NCBI GenBank assembly: GCA_017499595.2
Contig: CM038998.1
Location: 930,001 to 994,000 of the forward strand
DNA length: 64,000 nucleotides
Source: Psilocybe cubensis
Lineage: Eukaryota
Direction: 5' to 3'
Every line of letters begins with the position of its first letter. Position 1 is the first letter of the stretch. Below, piece after piece: positions 26,518 through 39,583 of the stretch. The notes beneath the pieces were generated by a model. That model ran no database searches, was not told the DNA's origin, and saw only the letters and a program-made list of their open reading frames with translations. A program made the position numbers and the translations under genes.

Positions 26518-29500
26518 ATGAGTACAAGTCAACAACAACTCCCTCCTCGGAACAATGGGCCCAAGTTCACGACAGGTATGTTCGCGCGAAGCACGTTACA
26601 TTGCATATTTGACCATTGCCGCCCAGGCACCACACGTTGGCCTCGCGTGAATGGCAGCAGCGAGCGAACAGGGAGCTCCGATTCCGACACTGAACGAGAC
26701 TTTCGCTCCGCTTCTCGCTCGGACCCCTCTTCGAGATCGCGCACCCATCATTCGCGAGGTCCGCACGGCCGTCGCAGTCCTGACCATCGAGCACCTGCCT
26801 CTATTGAAACGGCCCCCGACGCCCCAGCTGTCCCATACTGGTCCGGAAAACGTCACCTTACATGTGGAAACCCAACGCCGGGCCCTCCATGGTCGGCCAA
26901 AAATACTCCATGGCGCGGTTCGGCGCCTGGAAAACTGAAAACATCGAACGCGGTGCTAATCATATGTTTGAACATCGGTGTTGACCCGCCTGATATCGTC
27001 AAGACCGACCCATGCGCCATGCTCGAATGCTGGGTCGATCCACACTCAATGCCGGCGAAGAAGGCTCTAGAGGCAATTGGCACCAATTTGCAGCACCAAT
27101 TCGAAGGGCTCAGCACCAAGATTTCGTATAAACCAATACTAGACCCTGAAATCGAAGAGCTCCGAAGATTCTGTATTGCACTGCGAAAGCAGTCGAAAGA
27201 GGATGCCGTTGTATTCTACTATAATGGGCATGGTGTGCCTAAACCAACTTCAAGTGGTGAATTATGGTGCTTCAACAAGGACTATACACAATACATCCCT
27301 ATATCCATTCAGGAAGTACAGAGCTGGATCGGATCTCCAGGCGTGTACATTTGGGATTGTTCAGCTGCTGGGAATCTTTTACACAACTTTAACGTTTTCG
27401 CTGAAAAACGAGACAATGAAATCATCAGTACACATGGCGGCTTCCCGGAAGGTGCTCAACCGATGATGAATTCGTTGCAGCTAGCTGCGTGTGGCGCCAA
27501 CGAGACTCTTCCAACTTGTCCAGAACTCCCAGCCGACGTTTTCACATCCTGTTTAACATCGCCAATCGACATTGCTCTGCGATATTTTATTATGAACCAT
27601 CAACTACCTAACAACATCACTCAAGATATGGTAACCCAACTTCCCGGAGACCTCAAAGACCGACGTACCCCACTCGGGGAATTGAACTGGATTTTCACTG
27701 CAATCACTGATACTATTGCCTGGACAACGTTCTCTCGAGAAACGTTTACAAGACTCTACCGGTGTGATTTGCTCATTGCCTCCATTTTCCGCAACTTTCT
27801 GCTTGCCGAACGTATCATGAAAGACTACCATTGCACACCCCACACATACCCCCCACTTCCAGCCACCAATACCCACCCTTTGTGGGCAACCTGGGATCTT
27901 GCAGTAGACGCTTGCCTGCGGCAGTTACCAGATCTTCTGACAAAACCGGGTATCAGTGCTCTTGCAAGCACTGGTACCGTTCCAGGGCGAATTGGGAAAA
28001 CTTCACGAGACGATCCAGCAGGTACCGTCAAGACGCCCGAAAAGCCATACGTGTATGTGCCCAGTCGTTTCTTCGCCGACCAGTTGACTGCGTTTGAAGT
28101 CTGGATATCCCGGGGAGGGTCCGCTTTGACAAGGCGAGGGCCGTTATCTCTTCCGCAGCTTCCTAGCGACAATCCCAACACACAGAATCAACCAGTTGAT
28201 CATGATCCTATTGCAGACCGGAACCTCGTCCCACGAAAACCTCCCGACCAATTGCCCATCGTATTACAGGTCCTGCTTTCCCAACCACATCGACTACGCG
28301 CACTCATTCTCCTATCACAATTCGTCGATTTGGGTCCATGGGCTGTCCACCTAGTGCTTACAATCGGTATCTTCCCATACATCTCGAAGCTGTTACAAGC
28401 AGCAGGCCAAGACCTCCGGCCCGTCCTCATATTCATATGGGCACGAATCATCGCAGTCGACTCGTCCGTCCAAACAGACCTGTACAACACCCAAGGCTTC
28501 CGCTACTTCTCCAACATCCTAAGCATCCGAAACGAGGACAACCTCCCGAACAGCTCCGAGCACAAGGCGATGTGCTCGTTCATCCTCGCGTCCATCGCTC
28601 GGGACTTCCCACAGGGCCAGATAGCGTGTTTGAACGAGAGGGTGTTTGATAACTGCTACGAGCTGATGGAGGAAAATGATTTTTTGCTGCGTCAGTGGAC
28701 GACGCTGTGTATTGCGCAGTTGTGGGATGGTAATGATGAGATCAAGGTGTGGGGTGTTGATAGGGGCACGCAGGATAAGCTGATCGGATGCCTTTCTGAT
28801 GTCTCGGCGGAGGTCCGCTCAGCTGTGCTCTATGCACTCGGTACATTCCTGGGTGCCAGTGGCTCTGCGGATCCCAACAGGCGGGGCGGCGGGGGCTCGG
28901 GCCCAATGAGCCATCTCGAGGAGTTCGTGCACTTCAAGATGGAAGTGGCCATCGTCACGGGTGCTACGCTCGCCATCAAGGACGATGCGAGCCCCATGTG
29001 CAGGAAAGAGCTGCTTGTGCTGATCAGCTGTTTGGTGAAAGAGTGGAGAGGGTATTTCGTGATTTGCGCGTGGTTGTATTGGGAGGAGGATAGGAAATGG
29101 CGGTTAAATGCCTCGGGCCATCATTCGTTCTTCAATGATGAAGATATCACTAATCAGGCTGTTGCGGATTGGTTGGAAGGATTTGGTGACGATCATAGAG
29201 CCAGAGAAGAGAATCGTGTGGTGTTGTCTTCATTTTTCACTGTTTTCGTGTCACTTCTGGATCTTTCTGTCGATCCGTATGAGGAGGTTGCGACCAATGC
29301 TCAAACGCTTGTCGATTATATCATGGCTTTGCTTCTGGAATCGCCTTTCAGCCGTATGGAGTCTTCGTCACTGAACAGTGCGCCAATGGCAGACTACGAT
29401 AAGCGAGGGTCGCCCAAACCGCACAACCCCCGGACACGGGTATCCTCTCTGCAATCGTCGCCCAATCCTGGTTATCAAGTACCGCCATCTCCTGGCGGCT

Positions 29501-31712
29501 TCGACCGCCCAGGCTTGAACCGTAATGACAGCGTGACGACGACCCTCGTCGGCGGCGTCGCTTCGACCATCAAGCGCACCTCTTCGTTCGCCAATGCCTT
29601 GAAACAATTCGCCGGAGGCATTGCCTTCCCTCATTCAGAAGACGGCCGCTCGTCACCCAGCATCTCGGGCACCCTGCACCACCACCACCACGAAGCCGTC
29701 GACATCTCCCGCCCACCTTCGCCGAACATGAACCTCGCCAAATATACCTCTCCCTATTCACGCCCTCCGTCTTTCAGACAGAGTGCGTCGGACTATGACG
29801 GCTCGCCGACGCGGTCTGCGGAAGAACAGGTGCAGCCTCCTGCGGAATTCCTCGCGTGTGATGTTATGGAGGCACTTATGGAGGAGGATCTTGAGCGCCT
29901 GAGGGCGCGCAGGAGAAGTGCCTATCAAAGAGGGCACGGACGCGGGTCGATACCCAGTCCTAGCAATAGTACATTCTCCATGGATTCGACCAACAGCAGT
30001 GTCATTTTGGGTATTGGCACTGGTGCTGGAATTCACGATTGTCTGCCTTTGAAGAGCACCTTTTTCGATTGGTGTGCGGAATACTTCAAGGAACCGCAAA
30101 TGAGGGTTGGTGTTTTTCCATAGGCTTTTCTATCCTTTTTTCGTTCGTGGCTGATTTGTCATAAATAGCAAACTGAAGCGGATGAACCTGGTAGTACACA
30201 GTATAACTACCAAGTCTGGAGACAGCAGCGCAATGACCAAGTTATCAAGGAAACAGATTCGCAAGCTTCAATGGCCGGTAGGTGTAATCATCCTATTTTT
30301 TTTTCAATTATGTAAATTGATTTTGAATGCGATCAGAGCACCATCGATGGGATCGTTCTGTGGCTTCGATAAACATTTCTGGCCATCCGATGACAATGGC
30401 CTTCCATTCATATGACAAACACCTTGTCATTGCAAACGAACATGACATGATCAGGTAACTCGTATATTTTTTTGCGGTTCAAGAATGTTTTGTGCTTATG
30501 TGATTACAGTGTTTGGGACTGGCACACTCGAAGACGACTTAATTACTTCTGCAACGGCAATCCTCGAGGAACAAGTATTACCGGGCTCCACATCATCAAC
30601 CAAGAGATCGGTGGTATCATTGTAACAGGCTCAGGTACGTGGTAATCGATGTAGTTGACGCTGTCAGCTCAATCTCTCTTTTGTTTTGTAGCGGACGGAA
30701 TTGTTCGTCTGTACCGCAACTATGATCCTACACTGGACCAAGGGCCCCTCCAGATGGTCAGCGCCTTCAGAGGCCTGAATGAGATGATTCAATCGCGACA
30801 AGGAAGTGGGCTTGTCATGGACTGGAAGCAGTCGGGTGGTTTATTGTTGGTTGGAGGCGATTCGAGAGTGATCAAAGTATGGGATGCTTCGACGGAGCAA
30901 CAAGGATTGGTATGTATCTTTTTTTTGTGGATTCTCTAAAGCCTGATCAATATTTCGTCAGGATCTGGACACCAACTCTGAGAGCCCTGTCACATCTATC
31001 GCCCATGATATTGGATCGTCGAAAATGTTTGTGGCAGGCTTCGCCGATGGTGTTGTTAAAGTCTTTGATGGTCGTCTTGAGGAGGAAGATGCTATCGTGC
31101 GCACTTATTCTGACCACACATCCTGGGTCCAGAATGTGCGATGGCATCCCACTCTGAATGGACAGATTCTGTCGGCAGGGTATGCGCATTGCACGTTATT
31201 TATTGTTTGGTGCTGACATGCAATGATCAGGATTGATGGCGAAGTGAAGCTGTTCGATTTGCGTAGTCATGATTATGCGCTCAGAACATGGAATCTCCAT
31301 CCAAATGGTCTTTCTGCTTTCGATGTCCATCCTACTTGTAATGTGTTTGCTGCGTACGTTGTCGTCTACTTTTTGAGTCGTAGCCATTGAACCGAAGAAA
31401 CTGCTTTTACAGGAACTCTACTATTACTCCTGTCCATTGGAAATCGCAGCGCATAGTCGTACAATCAATAAATAAAACATCGCCTCTCTGTACTCTCAAC
31501 GTCGGAACTGGCCTAACAACTCCTCCTGTTCGAGGCCTTCCTTCACCATTCTTCCCGAGAGCCAGTTCTCTTGTATTCCACCCCACGGAAATGTTGTATG
31601 CTACTGGTGGCCCGGATGGTTGTGGTAAGCTTCTACTTATTAATGTCCGGATATTCAGAAACCTCCTCACACGCCTTTTTCAGTGAGAATCCTGGGCTGC
31701 CACTTCGCATAA
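26518..31712 (+). CDS. KOG1: TORC1 subunit Raptor
   Basis: LIICLNIGVDPPDIVK, FYYNGHGVPKPT, LPADVFTSCLTSPI, PPDQLPIVLQVLLSQPHRLRAL, HEAT region, and C-terminal WD40 exons. Ends VRILGCHFA* at 31710-31712. Confidence 0.97.
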
Positions 31713-32491
31713 TCACCAGCAAGTCTCTTGGTGTCTTTTGTCACTTTGACCTTTATATCGTTTGTTGTCTTGTTTCCGAATGCATTCCAGCCTTTCTATA
31801 CAGTTTTGTAATTCTATTCAGCTATCTCGATATCTTGTAATACTTCTTTTTTTTTCCTTTCCTATTCATACATGCGCGGCGTCTCTTTTTCTTTCACTGG
31901 CTTTCTGTATATAGAGAGTTCATTCTTGCACAAGTTGGATACTATACTCCCATAATATGCTATGCTCTTTCTGTTCATCCAATCACTGAACATAATACCA
32001 TTATGTCGCTTTTGTTTTTTTTTCTCTTAAGGGAGATCAAGTCTAGTCAGGACTCAGAATGGTTGGTGGAGGTTCTAGGGATTATGCAACACTCCGACTG
32101 CGTTTGATGATCCTCTCCATCTGAGGATAATCTAGCCCTCCTTCCAATTTTCAGGGGTTTTGGAGGGTTAGGGGATGAGAATGACGAACGCGATGCTGCA
32201 GACGACGACCAGAGCTCGAAGGTGAGATGAAGTTGGTATAGTCAGCCGGCGCGTGCGGCGTCCTAGCCTCTTGCTTGTTTTTATATCATTACTCATCATG
32301 TTGCACACTTTTTTTTTTTTTTTTTTTTTTTTTAATTCCTAGTTTACCAAACACGATATATATATTTGGCACAATAGATACCGGCGAATAACTTCTTGCC
32401 ATAAAAGGGTTTCAGTTTTCCTTTTTTGGTTGAAAAAAAATGTATTGTGTGGAGCAAACAACCGTTATTGGCTGCACCAGTTTATATAAAT

Positions 32492-35119
32492 CTACTCTAC
32501 CCCAGTTTGATCCAACCGCAACCCGTTCACCCGAACGCCTCCTCTAGTCCAGTGCTCGTTCCCTGAAATGAAATCACTCCGTACGACCTTGCCACGTAGT
32601 TTCACACATTTGTTGACCTCGAGCTTCACATAGACACCTTCTACCCTTCCGTCATAAAACATGGACGGCTGCTGAACCATCCGTAAAAGTTGAGACTCGG
32701 TAGGCATTGTCCCTTCGTGTACTATGGGTGCGGTTGCAATGGAGGTCTCTCCTAAAAGGTGTCGTAAAGTGGCAGTATCTGCCCAGGTCTTAGTGCTCCG
32801 GTCAAACAGATCATACGCGATGAAATAGTCTGGGAGAGAGGTGTATGGAATGGAGTGCGTCGCATATACCCACTCTCCGTAGAGAATGTATCGCTCAGGG
32901 AAATAGGGATCGCGGTCCAGGACCCGTCGCAACTCTTGGTCATGCCTCTCCACCCAGAGACCAAGTTTGCGGAACTGTTCATGTGTAGAGGAGTTGACGT
33001 AGTGAGAACGGTTCTGTACGATTATTCGCGATCTATCTGAGGACAGAGAGAAACCCATGTTGGCGCCGTCAATTTTCTCAGTGATGACTGTATGGCCCGC
33101 TGCAGTATTAGTAAAGACAGCGAGGTCGGTATGTACGTCATCTGCGCTTGCTGCTCCTGTGTTGATAAGATGTGGCGTCCGAGGGAACTTGAGGATGGAA
33201 ACCGGGGAGGAAAACCTAAGCACAGCCTCTTCTGCGGCAGCAAACGAGCGAACGGTGATGACAGCCTTGAACCCTTCTTTCAAAGTCGGTTTCATGAATA
33301 TCTTCTGCATCTGGTCCACCGCATTGCGCACACGGCTTCCTGGAGGAAGGGTAGGATGGCCAGCACGCATCTGCGCCCGAGAAGTACACAATTCCTGACT
33401 GTAGTCGAATAAAATACAGACGGGCGACACACACCAATTGGACGCTAGGTCAAGCCATATTTTCCGATCTGCCGCCGAGGTATTGCAACGGTCCAATAGG
33501 ACATGCTTTCCCTTTGGTGACCTCCCTATCTCTGTCTCGCATGCTTCTTTGCTTCTTGAGTCGTCTTGAGATATATGTGTCCATTTCGAAGGGTCTCTTG
33601 AAATCAACGATTTGGAGAACCACGATTTCCCAGAACCAGGAAGCCCAACCAATACGAAAAGGTCATTATCGGCACTCAGCTTTCCTTCAACCTCCATCGG
33701 CGAGGGAGAAGGTTCCGAAGGGATGTCGGGGTACACAGATTGCCGCTTCCATATGGTGCTGCACCACCTTGATACAAATTCCTCTTGCCGCGACGTTTCC
33801 AGACTTCCAGGGCGCAAAGCACGCAGAGAAGATATCGCCTCCGTTGCTGCAAGCTCAGGATGATCTTGATCGTGCCTAGGTTTGTTGAAACCAAATGCTG
33901 CCAGATAGCATGCCGCCACTGTTCCAGCGCGCCCTTTCCCACCGCCACAGTGTACTAGCAAAGGAAGCTTGTCCTGATCATCAAACAGCCGCATAACAAG
34001 ATCCATTTGTTCTATGGAAGGCGGATAATAGTTTGGCACGGGTAAAAACGTGTTGGATATGGATTTGCCTTGGAACCATGCAGGTCTCAATGGCTCTTCT
34101 TCTGTCAGAGTTAAAACGTGCCGGATGCCCAATGGTGCGGAAGCAAGAGCGGTTATATCATCTTCGTTTTTGGGCGTCGACATGATGGCCAAATGATAAG
34201 GAATGAGCCACCGGAAGAATCGAGGCAATCTGTAGAAATGTAGTTTAGCACCCATGTTCTTTGTTGAGGGGATATATAGGGGTTGTCGGGGCTCCAGGAG
34301 GAGTGAAGGGGTATTGCCTTGATCACTGAGTCTTTCCTGCAGGTCCTGTGACCATGGCTTCAACAAGAGGGATGAAATCTCCGAAAGGTTTTCGATCTGC
34401 TCTTTTTCGTGTTCTTGGAAAACAAGACCCCATTCAGTTTCTTTGGAACATTCAGTCAACTTCTTCATGCAATAAGATTGCACCTTTTGGTCTCCGGACC
34501 GTTGATACGCGCATGCATACGAAAGCATAGCAATTTTATGTGATCCGTTCGCAAAGCACGCATCTCCCATTCGAAGGAACCCTTTGTGACTGTTTGGGTC
34601 GGTAAGAATAAGTCTGGAGGAATATTCTGTAGCCTCGTTGTACTGTGCGAACTGTTGTAAGGTGAATATCGTATGGTCCAATGCTTCAACTCCAGAAACT
34701 TCAGGAAGGTCGCGAGATATAAGAGAATTGATGCCTTTATCAACATCATGGATGTCATTCGAGGATAGTGTGATGTGGAAGTGTTTTGGGGGCAGCCCAG
34801 CTTGCTTTCGTAGTTTCTGGCCGGCTGCCCATATTATGACGACCCAATAAATGCCTGCTTGTTCTTTCCCCCCGATGCCCAACGAAAATAACGACTTTGG
34901 GTCCACCTCGGTGGAGGTGATCTTTTGGATTTGTTCTGAGCTGATCATGCGGAGTTCATCCTTCGTGATAACTGTAATGTGGTACAGTTTTTGTGAAGGT
35001 TTTAATGCACCGGAACGAATGAGGTTTGCGAACGATGGGTCGGTATTGACAAAGTTGTCAACTGCTTGTCCTGCAAGAGCTAAGCAACCTCGAAAATTTT
35101 CTAGCTTGATAGTCGCCAT
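32492..35119 (-). CDS. Multi-domain RNA end-healing and sealing enzyme: 2H phosphoesterase + TPR + CX5R phosphatase + P-loop polynucleotide kinase + ATP-dependent RNA ligase
   Basis: Intronless 875 aa. HITV (34970-34981) and HITL (34766-34777); HCGGGKGR (33929-33952); GLPGSGKS (33623-33646) plus LLDRCN; KFPRTPHL, TEKIDGAN, YGEW, FIAYDL, EGVYVK and RGKVVR ligase motifs. Confidence 0.88.
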   Translation of the reverse strand: MATIKLENFRGCLALAGQAVDNFVNTDPSFANLIRSGALKPSQKLYHITVITKDELRMISSEQIQKITSTEVDPKSLFSLGIGGKEQAGIYWVVIIWAAGQKLRKQAGLPPKHFHITLSSNDIHDVDKGINSLISRDLPEVSGVEALDHTIFTLQQFAQYNEATEYSSRLILTDPNSHKGFLRMGDACFANGSHKIAMLSYACAYQRSGDQKVQSYCMKKLTECSKETEWGLVFQEHEKEQIENLSEISSLLLKPWSQDLQERLSDQGNTPSLLLEPRQPLYIPSTKNMGAKLHFYRLPRFFRWLIPYHLAIMSTPKNEDDITALASAPLGIRHVLTLTEEEPLRPAWFQGKSISNTFLPVPNYYPPSIEQMDLVMRLFDDQDKLPLLVHCGGGKGRAGTVAACYLAAFGFNKPRHDQDHPELAATEAISSLRALRPGSLETSRQEEFVSRWCSTIWKRQSVYPDIPSEPSPSPMEVEGKLSADNDLFVLVGLPGSGKSWFSKSLISRDPSKWTHISQDDSRSKEACETEIGRSPKGKHVLLDRCNTSAADRKIWLDLASNWCVSPVCILFDYSQELCTSRAQMRAGHPTLPPGSRVRNAVDQMQKIFMKPTLKEGFKAVITVRSFAAAEEAVLRFSSPVSILKFPRTPHLINTGAASADDVHTDLAVFTNTAAGHTVITEKIDGANMGFSLSSDRSRIIVQNRSHYVNSSTHEQFRKLGLWVERHDQELRRVLDRDPYFPERYILYGEWVYATHSIPYTSLPDYFIAYDLFDRSTKTWADTATLRHLLGETSIATAPIVHEGTMPTESQLLRMVQQPSMFYDGRVEGVYVKLEVNKCVKLRGKVVRSDFISGNEHWTRGGVRVNGLRLDQTGVE

Positions 35120-35540
35120 AAGCTTTATAGATACAGATGATGAGGGAGAAAAGTGTGGGTTATACCTTAATCTCTTTCATTATCTCGCCTTTTATGCCCA
35201 AAGGCTCAGCGCTGACATTACTTCCGAGTTACGCTTCACCGCCTCGGTGAGAACGAGTCATTTCGACTTCTTCAGTGAGTGATAGTAACCTTGACACGTC
35301 CTGGCGTCCAGTATTCAAGAGTTTTGATGCATGATCTTTGATCAAGAAGGTGCTTTGTATAAGTGCACACAATTTCAGACATGGAAGAATAAAAGGCGAA
35401 AAATACCTGGTTACCTGATCATCACTGAGCTTTACGTTCTTGACACTGCCACCTCCCATCTCCGGGCCGCCAACAAACGGCGATGCTGGTGACTTGGACT
35501 CCACGTTGACTCGTTCCTCCTCACCCTCCCCGTCCCGCAC

Positions 35541-36809
35541 ATGGCTCCCATCCCAAAATTCCCAGAAGAAGTTGAATCTCTCATATCCGCTATCGAGAGA
35601 AGATACAAGCACATCGTAGATGTAGAGGTTCCCAACCTGCGACAATGTGTAGGACCTGCATCCGTGCAACAGTCCCTAGCAGAAGACGTGCGAGAGGATA
35701 CCGTGGCATTAACGCGACAGATTGAGGTACGTAGCTCTGTTAAAGTCTCCTGCATATCTCCTTAATCAATGCGCAAGTCTGCAACAGTCGCTTGCACTCA
35801 TGGTTGATGATCAGAAGGGAGCAAAGACGCGGAAAGAGCTAAAGGAAATCGCGGATGATTTTCAAAAGAAACTCGAGAGGTGTGTAACAGCCTGCCTGGT
35901 ATATTTGGTGCTATACCTTATATACATCGTCTACAGTTTACGCAGTGAAAGTCGCGCGGCCCTTCTTGCGTCAAAGAAAGCCATGGACCAGCGTTCGAAA
36001 TCGAATCGAGAAGAATTATTGTCGTTCTCGTCGGCAATGACAGAGAAACAAAATTCGAGCGAGAAGACAACGTAAGGAGGCCTGTCTATTTCTATCAATG
36101 CCAGATTTAATCGCATAAATTCAGCGAGGACGCGCTCATGAAAGCCAACTCTGACGTGACCGATGCACTTCGTCGTACCATCGCCCTCATGCAAACCGAA
36201 CTCGAGCGCTCAGTGCTAACCACTCAAATGCTCGATGAATCTACCCGTACCCTCAACTCAACTTCAACGCAGCACGATACTCTCAATAATCTTATGTACA
36301 CATCTCGCCAACTGGTCACAGCGCTCGAAAAATCCGACTGGCTCGACCGTATCCTCATCCTATCTGGACTCGCATTCTTTGTCCTGGTCGTCCTGTTCAT
36401 CTTGAAACAAAGAATCGTGGATCGTGGAATCAGAATCGCGTTCTGGTGGACAAGATTTATCCCCAGTTTTGGAGACGATGCAGAGCTCCTTCGTGCCGCA
36501 GAAAAAGGCGCTGCGAGCGTGGTGGTAGAGGCGTCATCAAGCATTTCCAGTGTTGCAGCCTCTCTGGCGTCATCAGTGATTCCTGTAGCAAGTTCGATAT
36601 TGGCATCTATGCCCAGTGTCGTCCCGGTGTCACCTGTTCTTTCTGAATCATCGAGTTCCTCGGTCTCCTTGATTTCTCAGGCAGAGCCTACACCTGCAGA
36701 GACACCTGTGGTGGATGAGGCTGAAGTGCCCACGATCGATGTGGAGGCTACTGTCCCGAGTCCTGAGCCAGAAGCGGTACCCGATGCTGCTGTTCATATA
36801 GAACTATGA
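35541..36809 (+). CDS. SEC20: ER SNARE Sec20/BNIP1
   Basis: Spliced coiled-coil N-terminus, SNARE-like DVTDALRRTIALMQTELERS...LDEST, LEKSDWLDRILIL followed by a TM helix, and the HDEL-like C-terminus HIEL*. Confidence 0.9.
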
Positions 36810-37037
36810 CCTTAATACCGGCTTAATTCGATCCTCTTTTTTGCGGTGATAACCTCCAGCGTGACTGGTGCCGGATCTCTTGCCATCTAGCACCCATGCG
36901 AAACAAATAATTCCTTGTCCATAACAATACTGACGGTAAAAATACAAAACAAAGTTATACAGTACTAAAAGGTCCAAAAACTGGCCAGGGAAGCACTACG
37001 GCACTTCCTTTTTTTTCTTTTCCTTTCCGAATTCGTT

Positions 37038-39583
37038 TTACAGCGGATGGCTCAAAGAAAGATTCATCAGGTACTGCATCGGCGCCTCCCTATACGTGTC
37101 CTGCGACAATTCTGGCCTGCCTGTGATAGGGAACGTGTACAATTGGGGCGACTCTGTTGTATATTCTGGCCATGTGAGTCGGGGAGAAGGCCCATTGGGG
37201 TCCAGATTGTTAACGAATCGCACGAGGTAGTCGTCCAGGAGGTTAATTTCAAGGTCAGAGCCGTGGAACTATCGCGCGATGCAAGGCAGGGTCAGACCCT
37301 CTTTTAGATTTTTGGTGATTATGATTGCACTTACCGAACCGAGGACTGGTACAAACTTCAGTCGCCAACTCACTGTCCAGGTTGAAAGGATGTAAGAAAG
37401 CCGGCATAGGGTTTAGTTTCTCTGACTATCACTCACAGTAAGACCAAATCTTCTGCTTCCCGGATATATTTTGCAAGAAGAACCTCCTTGGAGCCTGGAA
37501 GACCACATCGCCCTGGAATGCCGAAATCCTCTTATACTGCGGTGTAATATCATTGAAGTTCGAGGTGTTGAACGGCGACCCTTGGCTGAGTGTTGACGGG
37601 TAATAGTCCCATAGAGGCTCGAGCTCTGATTCGCTTGCTCCGGGGACCCACACGGTGCTGACGTATTCACGGAACTGTTCGTCGGTGCTATGCACATGGA
37701 CAAGTCAAAATGGAAAGGAGAAATTACAAGCAGGATAGAGCTCACGTTACGTTTCTGCTAGACAACGAAAATAAGGTCCCTTCATCATCAACATTTCCTG
37801 GAAGAAAAACGAATGAGGGGCGTTCCCGTGGTGAGGCAGAGATTATCGGAAGTACCGGATACGACAGGGACGTTTACGATTTTGCCCTCCTGTACTAATT
37901 TTTGGGGGTTGTCTTGCAAAAATACACCATCTGCCCTAGGGGACCAAGCCAACACTAAAGCCTATATGCGCACCTTGAGTTCAGCAATCACAACAATCTC
38001 ATAATGGAGATGGAACATACATCATATGAGAAATAATTAGGCGTATCATCAACGGCTGCCTTCAACTGATCCTGTGGAACATTGCGCAAACACGACAAGG
38101 TATTGTCTGAATCTGTGCAGTTCGTCGCATTCACGAGTTGGTCGTAGTATTGCTATGTCATTTTTTTCAGTTGTTAGACTTTAAGCAAAGAACCGAGGCA
38201 ATGCACGTACCTGTCCACCTGTTAAATTACCGACAGGAATCGGTGCACCGGACTGCATAAATGCGCCTCTGAATAGATCAGACGAGTTGCCGCCATATGC
38301 TAGCATTTGCATAGACGCTGAAATAGCACCAGCTGATTGTCCCCATCTGGTGATGGTCGAATGGTCGAATGTAAATGAGCACCCAAGTTGCCATGTAACG
38401 GGAGTAATAATGTATAACTTACAAAGTGACCTTGGATGGGTCGCCTCCGAATACACTGATATATTTTTGCACCCATTGCAATGCGACATATTCTGTGAAA
38501 TCAAATGAGTGATGAACTCGAGGTGTCGTGGGTGAAACCTACGATCGACAAGGCCTGCATTTCCCACACCAGCATCTTGCACTTCTTGGCTGGCAAGGAA
38601 ACCCCAAGCTTCGCAGTGAAGTGTTATTAGAAAGAAAATAATATCATTGATGAACTGCTTTACCTGACACCCTATAGACAAAAAGATCAATGATCTGATG
38701 TACCAACGCTGAAGATTCAATATCTTCACCTATAGTTCATAGCGGCGTAGATTACTGGTTCTCCCAGAACCATGGACCTGTTGACAATCCGTGTGCCTTG
38801 ATCATCGTAACTACAGACATGATTAGAAAATATTGTTATCGAAACTGAAATGATCACTGACCCTCCAGCGCTTCCCCGTTCGAATCCACCTGTTTTCCAT
38901 CGTTAAAATTGCTCAAACGGGTGATAATGGGACCTCACCTCCGAAAATCCACTTGATGAAGCAGATAAGATATAAGAATTGAATTGAAATAAGAAATATC
39001 ATCATCAAACACTCACCACTACCACTGGAAGTTTCGCATCAGCAGAGGCATTCAAGGGCTTGATAACATTAATTGTAAGGCCTATTCAAAGAAAATCAAT
39101 ATCAGATCAGAGGCCTTTAGTGTAGATTTCTTAAAGAGCATGAGTAAACTCACAATCCTCGCTTTCTGGTGTTTCTGTCGAATTCCTGGTGACATTTCTA
39201 TCCGGGTCCTTGATAAATGGTACTGTGAAATTGAAGAATTGGCTGAGCGATATAGGCGACTTGACGGTCTGTTGGGGGCATGTGGGCCCGTAAGATGTCG
39301 CGTTGATAGAGCCGTTGTAGGAAGTCACAGCGCGAGGTAAGTTAAAGCGGAGTTCTCCTACCCTGCACTTACATGTAAACTTTTGTTTAAATCAGTTTGT
39401 GTTGCGGGGAACTTACGGCGGCTCTGCATAGGGAATTCCAAGGAACTTGGACAAAGCACCTTGATTGATTCCGGTTACAGTAGCAGAATCGAGAGTGACG
39501 GTCGGGGAAACGGTAACCTGATCCAAAGGGGAGCAGAACACCGCATAGAACTGAAGAAAAGTGATAGAAAGAAGTAGCCTCAT
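37038..39583 (-). CDS. Secreted carboxylesterase/lipase, copy 4 (closest to copy 3)
   Basis: MRLLLSITFL signal, PTVTLD, SKFLGIPYAEPP, ESEDC, WGQSAGAIS, QGDVVFQAPRR, ends SLSHPL*. Shares the micro-exon layout of copy 3. Confidence 0.9.

Noticed and set aside
32168-32335. Short minus-strand ORF (~43 aa) and a long poly-T run between Raptor and the RNA-repair gene
   Set aside because: Lies in convergent 3' UTR space with no recognisable motif, and no target-site duplication around the poly-T was seen.
32492-35119. Calling the RNA-repair gene TRL1
   Set aside because: Domain order is reversed relative to Trl1, and it has extra TPR and CX5R phosphatase modules.
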